Counted from the stretch's first letter, positions 14,201 to 27,672 are shown. The stretch: 64,000 bases of DNA from Mizuhopecten yessoensis (GCF_002113885.1 NW_018480065.1:124001-188000), one strand, 5' to 3'. A program made the numbers and translations. Notes: generated by a model from the sequence alone, not told the origin.

Positions 14201-16318
14201 TAATACATTGCAATACTGAACACACTTTCCATATAAATTCATGTGTTCACAGGTACAAAGTTCATGATTTACAGATATTATGACTATGGCAAGCAAGAGG
14301 ATAATTACCTGTAACCTAGACCTCAGATAAGGGTTCTGATAGCAGAATATCCTTAGCCAAGTACAGTTTTGCACTGCTATTATGCTATCAACTTGTGTGA
14401 CAACTTGTGTGAAATTACTCCAAGACCTTCACTTGGTGAGATGACTTTTTAATGACTTTAAGATGTAGAGGCCACCCTCTAGTTTATGTGATGACTGACC
14501 AGGGTCATTACTTTAAGATGTGGAGTGGTGTCCAGAGGTTCGTGTGATGACCTAAAATATCGATGATACCCCGATTTATATGACAACTTACTCGGATATG
14601 TATAGTGACACCCGATGGTTTCTTTGAAGACTTTGTGGAGGTACTAATGCAGTGGAGGACAAGTTGAGATTGATCTTCACCATGCCGGACCTGGAAACTT
14701 TTCTGGGTGATAAGGCCAGGAGACTGGAGGTACTGGACACACAAGTGACTCTCATCTTCTGTTAACTGCATGGCGCTCAGGACAGGTAGTAGTTCACGGT
14801 CTTGTGTTTGTGTCACTGTATCAGGAAATCAGGGAATTTTGTAATACTAAGCCAGGTAATATATATACATGTACATGTAAATGTCTTTGCATAGTATTAA
14901 GCAAGAGACTTATTTAAATCATGTCACACTTTCTCTACTTTTTATTTGATCTCGGTCAAAATTCATGTTTTTTGGGGGGTTCCTTGGCCCTTATTGAAAC
15001 ACTGGCCTACAATAAACTTTGATCCGCTAGGTACTGCCTCTGAAAATGGCCTAAACTGATCTGCATCTGATAATGAAAAGCAAATACATTAAATCACTAT
15101 TTAAAATAGTGTTCTTCATTTCCTTATCATTGTTCGCAAGGTAAAATAACTCTTACACAGAAAGCATAGAATACTACCATGAATTTTGGAGTACAGGAAA
15201 GGTTATATACATACAGCTGGACATGAATTCCTCTGCATTTGATGAACTTGAATGTACTGAAAATAGAAATAATATATATATGGAGCTTATATTTCACCAT
15301 AACTCACTATCTTTTTGTTCAAAGATTTATTTGATACAAAAAAGATCTGAAAAGACAAATTTCCTTTACTCATATCTGATCTGCCTCAATGAAAAACACG
15401 TTTTATACAGTGTATTTAAAAAAATAACAAAATAGAATTAATAAACTATCAGAAATGTTGTTTGGCCTCAAGTATTTGTTAGATTATATTTCTATTGGTA
15501 CATCTACAGGGATCATAATATCATTATGAACAACATTTAGATTGATGCCGATTTATATTGAAATTTAGTTAACAGTCTGAACTGCCATTTAATTGGAAGA
15601 CCCGACAATACAATACGGGTTCAGACACTTAAAACACAAACACTGTCAGTGGAATGGTTAGTGTTTCTGGTTTTTACACATTGTATATTCATTTTTGCAT
15701 TTGATTATCAGGGAATACCTTTTATACAGATACTTATATCAGGACATTAATTTGTCAGCTGGTGCGGCACAAATTTGTCGAAATAAATTGACTGTAAATA
15801 TACTGATCGTAATTCTTTTCGAAAAGAAAAAATGGGAATTAGATTAAGTGTGTTTCAATATTTGGTTTACATGCTTTCAAACATAGATGGAGAATTATGG
15901 GTTATCACGACAAGCTAGATCTTATGTCGCAAACATTTGAAAATATTACAAACATTTTAAATGAAATAAACATGCTTCATTTTCCTCTTCCGTTCCTGCT
16001 GTTTTTATCTGCAGTTTTAGACTTTTGTTGGCGAGTCCTGCTCTCATATCTTGGGCAAAATGAAACATTTCAATAATCTGAAATACAAAAAAGAATTTAT
16101 GTTAACTAGTAAAGCGTACATTATTGATATGACGCCAGTTGATGAAATCTTCAAGTTATTTGCATCTTTCCAATTATTTTAAAATAAGTATGTCATTGAG
16201 TTTAACTGGCCTTAAAGAGTTTGATAGTATATTTTGTTTATTTCAAGTAGGTCTATATGTGTTTTCATTTTATTACCTCTTGCACAGCTCTATGAATTGT
16301 GAGATCTACATTCGCCAT
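2208..16318 (-). CDS. TOP6BL: Type 2 DNA topoisomerase 6 subunit B-like (TOPOVIBL), SPO11 partner; about 15 exons, about 1070 aa
   Basis: GT-AG exons with consistent phase: 16318-16277, 16077-15954, 15256-15215, 14815-14592, 14494-14309 (contains in-frame TGA, boundary uncertain), 13540-13485, 12820-12755, 11230-11032, 10735-10600, 10201-10067, 9812-9688, 5398-5291, 4955-3771, 3324-2851, 2324-2208. Peptides LYLFGPEAVPVF..IPWNMYGL, FALFIHVHFG, KAIPNMVKSISYILSHSNNEEFRQQCFSLL and terminal DDVLENVQQWL follow the order of recalled human TOP6BL motifs (IFLYGPLGLP..VDWKKYHL, LLFLFVDFH, SIMSILTGSTRSSFRKMCLQTL, WLQEVSNLSEWL). AATAAA at 2190-2185. Confidence 0.82.
3790..4790 (-). repeat. Coding 39-bp (13-aa, GSGFSGLGHETSA-like) tandem repeat inside the large TOP6BL exon
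   Basis: About 12 near-identical units at 3790-4260, then degenerate units to about 4790. A 195-bp (5-unit) higher-order duplication is visible at 3813 vs 4008. Confidence 0.9.
5425..8887. repeat. 53-bp minisatellite array, about 65 copies, in a TOP6BL intron
   Basis: Unit tacactgtaacctagctagtgtctataccaaatcctgtatagtcaggaatctt. Period is 53 (caaatcc at 5451 and 5504). Two interspersed variants (cctagctagtgtct and ccaaggtagtgact). Confidence 0.97.
10408..10572 (+). mobile_element. V-SINE-like fragment
   Basis: ggtttttctctcggtactc...ccattttcctcac resembles the conserved V-domain of SINEs; degenerate. Confidence 0.35.
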
Positions 16319-16735
16319 CTTTGCAGCAATTTGCAACGCTGGATAGAAAGTGGTACCAAAATAGTTCTTCCCTTATTTCGTTTTCCTTGTTTTACATAGG
16401 CCTATTAGCGACTTTAAAATGAGACATATTTGTCTATCTATCTAGCTTATTTATAAGCATTGTTATTGGAGACTTTGGGGAGAATTATCTTCTGTGTTGA
16501 AATGTCATCCTATTAGGCCAAATAATTCATATTTCGATCTTGACCAACTTCACAAAACGCACCTGCATCTGTAGCGCGCAAGCGTTTGAGTGTCGCCCAG
16601 AACTGAAGCTTGTTGATGATAAAGATTAAACACTATTAATGGCTGCCGCCAGCTGTGTTGAGTAGAAGAGGGATAAACACTCGTTTGTTTTAGGAGAAAG
16701 TCTTATTTTTGAGAAACTTCTTGCTGGTCGTAAGG
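16319..16735. promoter_or_regulatory. Bidirectional promoter, TOP6BL / MBIP
   Basis: Divergent start codons about 420 bp apart; local CpG enrichment (gcgcgcaagcg at 16574); aagATGGCG and aATGGCtgcc YY1-like motifs. Confidence 0.6.
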
Positions 16736-19700
16736 ATGACACACACGGAGTCCTTCATGTCGTGGTTTGATAGGGCATTGTCAAAGGTAAGATATCTTTT
16801 GTTGCAGTAGCAAGTGCGATTCAACCACGGGGGTTCGTTACAGATTTACCACAAGCTACTAGTTAGCTTACAACGATGTCACCTGAGCGAAATGTCTGAA
16901 AGTGTATGTGTGCTGCATGTGAGTCTGTGACCCATATCAGTCTAAGCAAATGTGTATTTCAGACATTTGTAACGAACCCTGTGATTCAACACCAGGGATT
17001 GCTTGTTTATCAGTGACAGTGGTGTAAAACTCGACCAAGACATTATTTTTAAATCTTCCCATCCGTAGTTACGCATGGTTTTGGTTAATCATACTGATTG
17101 AAAATTGAACGCAAGTGCGTGTGTGTGCGCACTTGTGTGTGTGGTTGGGGGAGGGGCGGGTTGATACCAATCAACCAATCAACATCTAAAATGTGATTAC
17201 AACCACAGGGGTTCGTTGCAAATGTCTAAAATACACATGTGCTGTAATGATATGGGTCAAAGCACACCTACACTTAGGTGTGATGTGACCCATATCAGTA
17301 TACTGTGATTACAACTAGATCTACAAGCCCCGTGATTGCAACCACAAACGTTTGAATCTCAATTAATGACAGGCATGCATTTTTCAGTAAATACACAATA
17401 TGTATTATGTGTATCTCCTAAACAGGTAGCCCAAGTTTCCCTGGCCCTAACACCAGTCTTAGACATTTTGACATATAGATGTGGGGCCAGAGGGCACTGC
17501 TATATGAAAACGTGGAATTCTCCGACACCGTTTGGACGTATCAGGGAGTGACTAATCAACAAAAAGACGCGGCTTGGACATCTTAAAAAGAATAATATAA
17601 TCCGTTTTCAATCCGAATCAGTACGTTTTTTTGATTAGTCACCCCATGATCTACAAAACTGGCGTTTGCTCAGGTGGGAAATTTTGACCGATTAAAAATT
17701 GAGGACTCTACTGACTCAATTTAGCAGCTGTTTTGGTGATAATAAGAGCTGATTTGGATCAATAAATAATCCATTTATCGATATATGTGAGGTATATGTT
17801 GTGTCATGGTAGATTTTTGTTGTCAGCACCTCATAACTCTCAGATACCAAACGGTATCGGAGAATTCCATGTTTTCATACAGCAGTGAGTTCTGGCCCCA
17901 CACCAGACGTCTTTCTGTATGTCAAAATGTCAAAGTCTGGTGTTAGGGCCAGAGGAAACTCGGGCTACTAAACAGGCAAAGGATGCTTTCAAGGTTACTT
18001 ACTCAGGTACTGGAGCATTGACAAATCTAGATATATAGGCAGATTGGCTCTGAATAGTAAAATATGACTATATGTATAAAGGAATAATGTAATAAAGTCC
18101 TTACTGGTCATGTTTATCCTGTACAAATCAATAAAATTGTGGACCTGACAGGTGAGTCGGTGAAATTAAAGATTATTGTCTAAGAGTAATTACACAATTT
18201 CATTGGTTTGGAGAAAAAACATTGTTGCATTTTACCCTAATAACATGTTCCTTATTAGTACTCAACAATTATAGTATGTGTCTATTAAATATGTCATCAT
18301 GTTCAGAAGATACAGAATCAGGTCTCAGGTGTGCTTTTGGAAGATACTTCTGATTAGAATGATAACATGCAGTGAAAGTTTTTCATCTGCCAGGTGCGAG
18401 TGAAATATTTAGTGTTTTGGTACAGAAATCATTCATATTCCTGTCTAACAGTCAGATGCAGGAGAGCTATGCTATACCAAAAAATGCAACAACAAAATTC
18501 AACAGTCACCGAAAATTGAGTTATTAGATAAAAATCTTTCATTTCATTGACTCAACTGTTTGTCAACTAATTTTTTAATGTGAACGAGGAATATGCAACC
18601 ACAATTGACACATTTGTTCACATTTATCCAATATAAGTAGAGTATATGAATATGACTTAATAGCCAAATCTGCCTATATTATAAATACGCCAGATATCAA
18701 GGGGCTCCGGTACCTGATAATCCAGCTGCAGACGATTGGAGGATACAAGATATTTGTATAATAGCCATCCCAATATCTTATACCTTCCATCTGTCGGGAA
18801 CATTGTAACAAGATGTTGTAAAGTGATCCAAACTAAATGCTTCTTTTAATAGCCATCAACATTGTAGGAAAGAATGGCCAAAAATGTTAACATGTTTAAA
18901 TAACCTGAGGCTTGAAAAGGGAGTATTTAGTTTACTGAATCCTAGAATATAAATTTTGCCCTCTAGATCTGGTATGATGGAATTTCATTGTTAACAAGAT
19001 CATATGATCTCTTCTTTCAGGTTTTCATGAAAAGCACAGAAACCAGTTTTTTGACTGAAGAGATGCTTAAGATGAGTGATGTAGGTTTGCCAAAACTACT
19101 TGAAATGCTGGCACTTCTCATCAACAAACTCCAGGTACTGACTGAAACAAATGTTGGTTTCACTATTAACTGTATAGCAGCAATTTTTTTTTGTGGTGGA
19201 TGTTTTTAAAAAATATTCTTAACCACAAACTGTATAAGACATTGCATTTGTATTTCAGATCTACCAGGACAACTTGAAAGAATCATTGGAAGAAAGTCAA
19301 GTTGATGTCGAAACAATTGATGGTGAACATGTTGACACAGGGATGGACACATCGTCTATGAGGCATTCTAGTATCACAAAAGAAAATGTTTGTGATACAA
19401 TGCTGACTGAACCATCAAGAACTTCTCAGGATGCCAGTGTACAGACTGAGGATGTCAAGATTTCTGACCTGTCCAGAAATTCATTTCAAACTGAAAAATC
19501 TGAAGACACAGGGATTTTGCAAGACAGGGAAACCAATAGTAGTTGTGGTCTAATATCTGATGGTAAATTATTAAGTTTACAGTCAAGCTAAATAAATGTA
19601 GCTATAGTCTGAGTTTCCTCTGACCCTGACACCAGTCATTTTGACAGATAGATTTCAGGTCAAAATGTCTATTCCTGGTGTCAGGGCCAGGTGAAACTCG

Positions 19701-22700
19701 GGCTATAATCCAGCTAGCTTCCTTACCAGCTTAAGTGGCTGTACTGTTAGACAGTTGAGACATTTGAATAGAAAATTTAGAATCTGTCCTCTAGTATATT
19801 GACTGGTTGGATAGTAGACCAACCAGGTTAGTGGTGGCTGAATCACTGCTTTGATGTTTACCGATACATTTCAATGTGAATGCCTTAAACAACAAATAAT
19901 GCTTACATTTCCATATGATAACTAGATGAAATGTGTGAAACGTTTCATATCAAATTGTCATAAGAACATCAATGATACTTGCCGTAGCAGTCAGAAAATT
20001 TGGGATTTTGAAAATAAAAAGGTGCTTCAAATGAAATCTGACAATTGCTGTTCAACAGATTAATAATGCAGTAATATCTGCAAAGAAAATTTACACAGGA
20101 TTCACTACTTAATTAAGTTCATAAATAACTTTTGTTGTTAAGAATCCGATGATGTTGTGAACAAGATGAATGACTGCAGACACACGAACGACAAAAACCT
20201 GGTGCAGATACAAGCATCCAAGTCTGAGGTAAGTGCAATGAAACTTTATATAAAATGTTTCCATTTTTTGAGTGAATGTAACAATACGTGTATTTCCAAC
20301 AAATTGAAGATAGCTTATAATAATTGTTTTTCAAAACACAAGTCATATTCTTTGACCATTCAAACAGACAGGTTACTGAATTGACAATGTTGGCCCGATC
20401 TAACGGAATATGATATTGTCATCAATGGAAATAACTTATAGCAGTGTGTTAGAAATTTGTTTTCATCTCGCATCAACCGTAAATCTTACTAATGAAAATG
20501 TTAATCTCCATTTAGATAGACAGAAGAATTGCAGCCTTTGTGGAGAAGAAGCAGTTGGAGGTAAACGAGCTGAACAGACGAGAGTTCTGCAGTGTACAAG
20601 GCCCGGAGGAAGGTTTGTCGAATTACTGGTACAGAGGCATGTCATACTAAACAGTAGGTACATGTATCAAACGAAATACATTCCACAGAACATGAATTGT
20701 TGCTTGAAGCATTAGGGACTCTTTTAAATATATTTGTGTTCCTTAAATTAAAAAAACCCAACAGATCAATGTTACATAAATACATGCTTAAGCCATATTT
20801 ACATAAATTTATAAAGTGACGCTACCCACATTTGGTGTATTAAATTGTGACAGTTTTTCTGTGATATTTAAATTTCCAAATCTCTATATGCATCCCTTTT
20901 AACCACAGAATATTGAAAAAAATATTCAGTGTTTGAAATAAAGGAAAGTTTTCATATAAAAAAAATCTCAAAACAGCAGCAAGAGATATAATCCAATTTG
21001 TCCTGTTGACAGAGGCAGAAAATAGCTGTGCCCGTGTTGACTCCCTGTTTTTCACAAGAGCAGATGGAAAGAGTCATATCAAAGGTAATATTTACTTTCT
21101 GATATATATTGGTGGTATCGGTGTTTAACACGACAGTATAATACAGTCACAAATCAAGACCATAAAGGACTAGAGGCATTAAGGGTCATTTCCAACCTAT
21201 TTTGGTATTAGTTGTTATATAAACTTGTAATCAGGGATAAATGACGGACGCAAATATGGAATTTTGAATTCATTTGACAACTGGTATATAAAGTATATAG
21301 ACAACAAAGAGAGGTATATTTAAAACCTGCATTTTTCACAATAAAATGTATGTGTGCATACATTGATAAAAGGCCATTTCGAAGCAAATTAACAAAAACA
21401 CTGTTCACTTTTTCATTCACAGATAAGAAGTTTTGTGGAGGCTTTCAATTCTGCATGCTAACCGTCCAAAAACACCATATTTTGACTATTTCTGCATAGC
21501 AAGACTATTTTGTTGCTATGGTTGGGCAGCCGAAATTATTTGCACCAGGAAAGATAGCCCCAATAAACAAATACAAAATTTGTAAATAAATTTAAATTGA
21601 AACTTTTCATGTGGCTGAAAATGACCCATAACGCCCCGAGTCCATTGAATGTCCTCTCTGTATCTTTGTGAGATTAAAACACTACTGTGATAATGGTCCA
21701 AATAACTTTGAATTGTTATGTGAAGTCTAGTGGTAGGATACCGGACTCGTGACCGAAGGGTTGCAAGTTCGAGTCATGGCACAGTGTTGTATCTTTGAGC
21801 AAGATACTTTACTCCGCTTGTTCCAGTCTACTTAGCTGTAAATGAGTATGTGGCAGGGCAGTGCTAAAACTGTTGAATGCTAGCTGTGAGCGCCGAAATG
21901 GCAGCACCGGCTGTATGCTCCCCAGGGAGTTGAAAAAGATATTGGCTGGTTGCAAAGGCCCTATAACCACGGGTAATAATCTGTGAACCACTTTGAGACG
22001 ACCTACGAACTAGGTAGTGATAAAGCAGTATATAAAAACCTCCAATTATTATTGTTTCTGTACATGCGTTGTTGTGTTGCAGTGAGTCGTGTTGTGAACC
22101 TACAGGGTCCTCAGACCCAGATCCCCACCCACTCCGTGGACACTTCTGAATCCAAGGAGGTAGTACAGAAGAACAATCTTCCCCTGGGGATAGAGGAGAG
22201 GCTCACCAACATGGAGAAGCATCTGAATGTCAGCAAAGGTACATCTTCAGTTACATAATACCAGTTACTAAAAGCTTCATCACTACTAGACGGTGTATTG
22301 CATACAATTTTTAACTGCTGTTACCACAATGTAAAGTTCGGTAAAGGTTCAGAGTTCTGATGATGTCTAGTTCCTTTTCCTGGTCATGATGTCCCCATTG
22401 CTCCACATCCTTTGGACCTAAGTCTACTTGTACATATGTTGCTCTCTTGTTACAGGTAAAGTGTCATGTAGCGACGTGTACACCAGACTGAAGTTCCTTG
22501 AGGAACGCATTCTATTTTTGGAAAGTTTGTCTCCAGAATACTTCACGTTTCAGGTCAGTATTGTATGGTAGTATATGGTAAACCTTCGGTCAGATTGAAC
22601 AAAATTAAATCCATATTGTCAATCCTGTTTGAGTAACACAAAATTATAGCCACTATCATTTTAAGTGGTTCGAACAATCAAAGTCGACATCGGCAAAAAT

Positions 22701-24076
22701 TACGACAAACAGTCCAGTCGTTGATTTGGAACACCAACAACCTATTACGATTTATTTGCAATTAATGCGATAAATAATGGTACATATGTCTTTCATATAT
22801 TTATTGACATATAAATAATCAATTATCAATTTAAATTTGAACTTAATCGCAAAGAAGATGCAAGTGTAGGTAGGCTGCAGAGTAGTACATGTTTTCTAGA
22901 GAACTGACAAAAGTTTGATGGTAATTACTGCATTACAAATTTTAAAATTAGTTCGACCTACCACCTGGTCAAGCCTGTTTGCTATGGCACATGTACAGGT
23001 AACATATCAATTCAGTAATCAGTCAGGTCACAATTATATAACTAAATCGTAAACACAGTAATATCTACACATGTGTCTATCAGCGATGCAACAGGAACGT
23101 TCCGTACTGATAGAGTAGTATGCATGGTTAGGGCCTTAAACAGTCTAACTGGCACATGATGAATACTAGCTCTAACTGAAACGTTAAATGCTGTCAATGT
23201 GAAAATAATTCAGTTTTATTGAGTTTCACGAGGCTATTATCACATTGCTGATAACCAAAATCAGTCAATAATTCTGTTGTTTCGGTACTCAAATCCTGTA
23301 TTGCATCAATCTAAAATGTTGGGTAAGCAGGGTTTGATCATGCACTACATAGAAAATCATTGTAAAAAACATTTTGTTCAAAGCTCACTCCGATTCAACG
23401 TAACTGGAGGTTTACCATATATGTAAATTTACATTGAAAATTGATCTATTATTTGTAAATAATATTTTCCAGTTGACTTTGACATTGGGATTAATACGAG
23501 TTTTAACAGTAGATCTGTAGTTTTGAACTGTTTCTTCAGTGTGACTAATATATAGTGTTATTTGACAGCCACCCCACCATAAGAAACCCAGAAAGGAGAA
23601 ACGGGACAACTTCTACAGGGCACCTGAGGATGAGGTAAACAAATCCAGAGAATTTGTAATCTTATAAACATTGGTAAAAAGATTGTTCCAATTCTAGTGT
23701 TGGATAGCTCTTAAGTAAGAGATGATACTTCATTTAATTAAAAGCATTGGAACATCATTTTAATTGTAATCAATAGGAGAATGTAGTCTGTAGTACAATC
23801 CTGTCCTGATTCTGTCTAACACAATGTATTGGGCTGAAGATGCAGGTTTGGTCAGATTTCTTTATAACGAGACACCTCCTCAGAAACGTGTTTTAGGTTT
23901 GTTTTTTGGTCAGTATGCAAGATTTCTTTAAATATGAAATGTTACATTTTTTTTTACTTTCTGTTATACAGAGTATGAGTGTGTCGGATATAGACATGAA
24001 GATTAAACAGCTTAGAGAATCTTTGTCAAAGAAAGCTTCCTCAAGCACACCAGCTTCATTGTCAAACACTACGTAA
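16736..24076 (+). CDS. MBIP: MAP3K12-binding inhibitory protein 1 (ATAC complex subunit); 10 exons, about 382 aa
   Basis: Exons 16736-16786, 19021-19134, 19259-19562, 20143-20228, 20516-20612, 21013-21084, 22083-22238, 22456-22553, 23569-23634, 23972-24076, phase-consistent. LVQIQASKSEIDRRIAAFVEKKQLEVNELNRREFC, ENSCARVD, SHIKVSRVVNLQGPQT, GIEERLTNMEKHL and LEERILFLESLSPEYF match recalled MBIP motifs. Confidence 0.93.
17427..17967. mobile_element. Non-autonomous DNA transposon (MITE) with TAG termini and 9-bp TSD, possibly Academ-type
   Basis: TIR tagcccaagtttccctggccctaacaccag / ctggtgttagggccagaggaaactcgggcta; TSD ctaaacagg at 17418-17426 and 17968-17976. Confidence 0.85.
18003..18717. mobile_element. 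Degenerate MITE
   Basis: Imperfect TIRs tcaggtactggagc..ataggcagattggct / agccaaatctgcctat..gctccggtacctga. Confidence 0.5.
19605..19705. mobile_element. Internally deleted copy of the 17427 MITE family
   Basis: Same TIRs (gagtttcctctgaccctgacaccag / ctggtgtcagggccaggtgaaactcgggcta). Confidence 0.75.
21722..22052 (+). mobile_element. tRNA-headed SINE with CORE/Deu-like central domain
   Basis: A-box-like tctagtggtagg, B-box gttcgagtc, central ctttgagcaagatactttac..gtaaatgagta, then gctccccagggagttga and an (ATT)n tail. Confidence 0.7.
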
Positions 24077-24819
24077 TAAACAAGTCCATCGCAACTCGGT
24101 GTCCAATTATTTTATATCTAAAATGCTGTTTGGTCACTGAGCTGAGCAGTATAAAAAACAATTGATATACCAAAAACAGAAATCATTTTTGTAAACATAA
24201 ATTCTTTCGTAACTAGAGTTGTGTTTTTGTGAACAAAAATATACGACACGGTGAGGAACCGTTGGCATCACCTTGGCGTACACCTTTAAATGTTTGAAAC
24301 AATCATGCTTTTTTTACCTTTGATCTTGAGGTAAAGGCCACAGTGACCTTATGACACTACATTACACATCATCTGTAGGCGATGCAGTTATACTGCAAGT
24401 TTCATCAAGATATCTTGAATGGTTTAAAAGTAACAGCCCGAACTAGATGTTCCTGAAAAATTTGCACATATTTGACCTTGGACTTTGGTCAATGACCAAA
24501 TGACAGTGCACTGCACATCGTCTATAGGTGATGCAGGTATACTTCAAGCTTCATCAATATCTTTAATGGTTTAAAAGTTACAGCTTGGACAAGATCATAT
24601 TAGAAGAACAAGAACATCTATTCAAATGATTAAAGAAACGGAATTTAAATAAATTGTAAAATATACAGAATTTGGCATTAAAATGAATCTGGGTCTAAGG
24701 GAGTTTCTGTAAATGACATCCAGTGGGGGAAGATTTAACAATTTGCATACTAGAGCACTAAGACAGAAAATCACTTCAGTTCTAAAATGTGTTTTCGGTC
24801 AGAAGATTTTGTATTGAAT

Positions 24820-26005
24820 ACAAGAGATCCCAGAGGGATCTTGGCGCCCACCTTTGTACCATCTTCATTAGTTCTTTGTTAGTTTGATTTTTTCTCTTCT
24901 TTCCTCTAATCTGTTTGATCGAGTCAGTTTAACAGTAAATGCACCTTGAGGTAACTTTTAATCTAAACTTAATACTGATGTGTATGAAAGCCAACCTTCA
25001 AAGTAAGTTTGTCATTTCACATATTTACTAGTACAGTACTTAATGTGAAAGAAATAGAATCGATCATTGCAATATGAGAAAGATCTGTTTAGTTCTTCTT
25101 TTAATCCATTTTGTTTTTATGATCAGTCTCAAAATATAACATACACAACGAGGGATCAAGGGGAACCTACATTTAAAATTTGAGAAAGATCCCTCCCGTA
25201 CTTCCCGAGAAATAGCGATAACAAACTTTCANNNNNNNNNNNNNNNNNNNNNNNNNNNNNNNNNNNNNNNNNNNNNNNNNNNNNNNNNNNNNNNNNNNNN
25301 NNNNNNNNNNNNNNNNNNNNNNNNNNNNNNNNNNNNNNNNNNNNNNNNNNNNNNNNNNNNNNNNNNNNNNNNNNNNNNNNNNNNNNNNNNNNNNNNNNNN
25401 NNNNNNNNNNNNNNNNNNNNNNNNNNNNNNNNNNNNNNNNNNNNNNNNNNNNNNNNNNNNNNNNNNNNNNNNNNNNNNNNNNNNNNNNNNNNNNNNNNNN
25501 NNNNNNNNNNNNNNNNNNNNNNNNNNNNNNNNNNNNNNNNNNNNNNNNNNNNNNNNNNNNNNNNNNNNNNNNNNNNNNNNNNNNNNNNNNNNNNNNNNNN
25601 NNNNNNNNNNNNNNNNNNNNNNNNNNNNNNNNNNNNNNNNNNNNNNNNNNNNNNNNNNNNNNNNNNNNNNNNNNNNNNNNNNNNNNNNNNNNNNNNNNNN
25701 NNNNNNNNNNNNNNNNNNNNNNNNNNNNNNNNNNNNNNNNNNNNNNNNNNNNNNNNNNNNNNNNNNNNNNNNNNNNNNNNNNNNNNNNTGAGAAATAGCG
25801 ATAACAAACTTTCAATATCAAAATCCAAGATGGCTGCCTGTCGGCCATGTTGTTTATCCGATCAGTCTCAAAAGTTGCCCTGCACAGCTTAGGACCAAGG
25901 GGAACCTGTATATAAAATTTGAGAAAGATCCCTCTGGTACTTCTTGAGAAATACCGATAACAAGAATTGTTTATGGACGGACCACGGATGCAGGGTGATT
26001 TGAGT
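24820..26005 (+). mobile_element. Helentron/HINE-like element with internal tandem repeats, spanning the assembly gap
   Basis: acaagag..cccagaggg start; gagaaatagcgataacaaactttca repeated on both sides of the gap; ggacggac microsatellite near the end. Confidence 0.55.
25232..25788. other. Assembly gap (557 N)
   Basis: Run of N with the same repeat unit on both flanks. Confidence 0.99.
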
Positions 26006-26929
26006 TTGGAAGGTCCCGGGTTCGAACCCTGGTCTGGCATTACATTTCTCTGCTCCTATTAAACCTGTACATGTATGTACAGTACGACGAATTTCTCTGA
26101 GGCAATATTTTTTACCTTGTGTAACAATATTGAGCAAGTTGCTGTTAATCTATAGTATTAAAGGACAAACAACCAAATACACATAAACTTAATCACAATA
26201 TTTTTATTGAACAAACACTTATATATTCAGAGAGTAAATGCTGCCACAATTCAGATCATATAGTTTTCTTGCAAACATTTATTCCAAATAGGTAACAGAA
26301 TTCATCAAAAAGTTCCATTTTCAATCCAACAATAATTTATATTGACTATCTCTAGACAAACAATATGAAAAAAAGGCAATTAATTGAACACCATGGGTAT
26401 CTAACATTTTCACAATTTTGGCACCCTTGTCATAGAGGCTTATTATCCGATCTTGATTGATTTCTATTCTCCAATAGACCTGTCTATTTATGAGCTATAG
26501 TTAATTGATTTCTGTTCTCCAATAGACCTGTCTTTTTATGAGCTATAGGTTCCTGTTTGAATATTCTAGGTATCCTGGGGTGTATGTATTAAAACAAAAA
26601 TAAATATAAACCTGTAACAACAATGTTTTACCCTAAACAGATAGAAGCCATTAACTCAATCCACCTTTTTACCAGAAAAAAATTAAGGAGAGGTTATCAT
26701 TTTAATGGACAATACTGTCTGTGTTTTACTTTTGTAGTACCCTACTTAGTCTCACACACAACTAGGATAGTACCATAAACTTTCTCCATGTCCGTCTGTT
26801 GTGATCATGGTGTCCTAATAACAAAATGTCTGCCACTCACAAGACAAAGTTGAGATGATGACGGGACCTGTGTATGGTATTAATACATATCAATGTTGGA
26901 GGATAGACATTGGTTACTTCCTCTGAACA

Positions 26930-27672
26930 GAATCCATGACCAAAGACATCCGACCGTCCCACAGGTACTAATCAATGACCAAAGACCTCCGTCTGTCCCG
27001 CAGGTACTAATCAATGATCGTAGACATCCGTCTGTCCCACAGGTATTAATCAATGTCCAAAGACATCCGTCTGTCCAACAAGTACTAATCAATGACTGAA
27101 GACATCCGTCTGTCCCACTGGTACTAATCAATGACCTAAGACATCCGTCTGTCCCACTGGTACTAATCAATGACCTAAGACATCCGTCTGTCCCACAGGT
27201 ACTAATCAATGACTGAAGACATCCGTCTGTCCTACTGGTATTAAACAATGATCAAAGATATCCGTCTGTCCCACAGGTATTAAACAATGATCAAAGATAT
27301 CCGTCTGTCCTACAGGTACTAATCAATGGCAAAAGACATCTGTCTGTCCTACAGGTACTAACCAGTGTCCTACAGGTACTAACCAGTGTCCTACAGGTAC
27401 TAACCAGTGACCGAAGAAATCCGTCTGTCCTACTGGTATTAAACAATGACCAAAGACATCTGTCTGTCCTACAGGTACTAGTCAATGGCAAAAGACATCT
27501 GTCTGTCCTACAGGTACTAATCAATGGCAAAAGACATCCGTCTGTCCCACAGTTACTATCAATGACCGAAGCATCCGTCTGTCCTACAAGTACTAATCAG
27601 TGGCCGAAGACTTCCGTCTGTCCCACAGGTACTATCAATGACCGAAGACATCCGTCTGTCCCAAAGGTACTA
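26930..27672. repeat. 39-bp minisatellite, about 19 units, in the RNF8 3' UTR
   Basis: Unit aatgaccaaagacatccgtctgtcccacaggtactaatc; abuts and includes the RNF8 stop codon. Confidence 0.93.

Noticed and set aside
14429-14431. Selenocysteine in TOP6BL
   Set aside because: No SECIS seen, very short 3' UTR, and no known Cys/Sec site at this position in the family.
21722-21790. tRNA gene (also at 34754, 49903 and 50138)
   Set aside because: A/B boxes are present but no intact cloverleaf is evident; these are SINE heads or LTR parts.
25156-26040. 294-aa and 199-aa ORFs
   Set aside because: Artefacts of the N gap.
26880-27530. Cys-rich repeat ORFs
   Set aside because: Translation of the 3' UTR minisatellite; no splice or start support.
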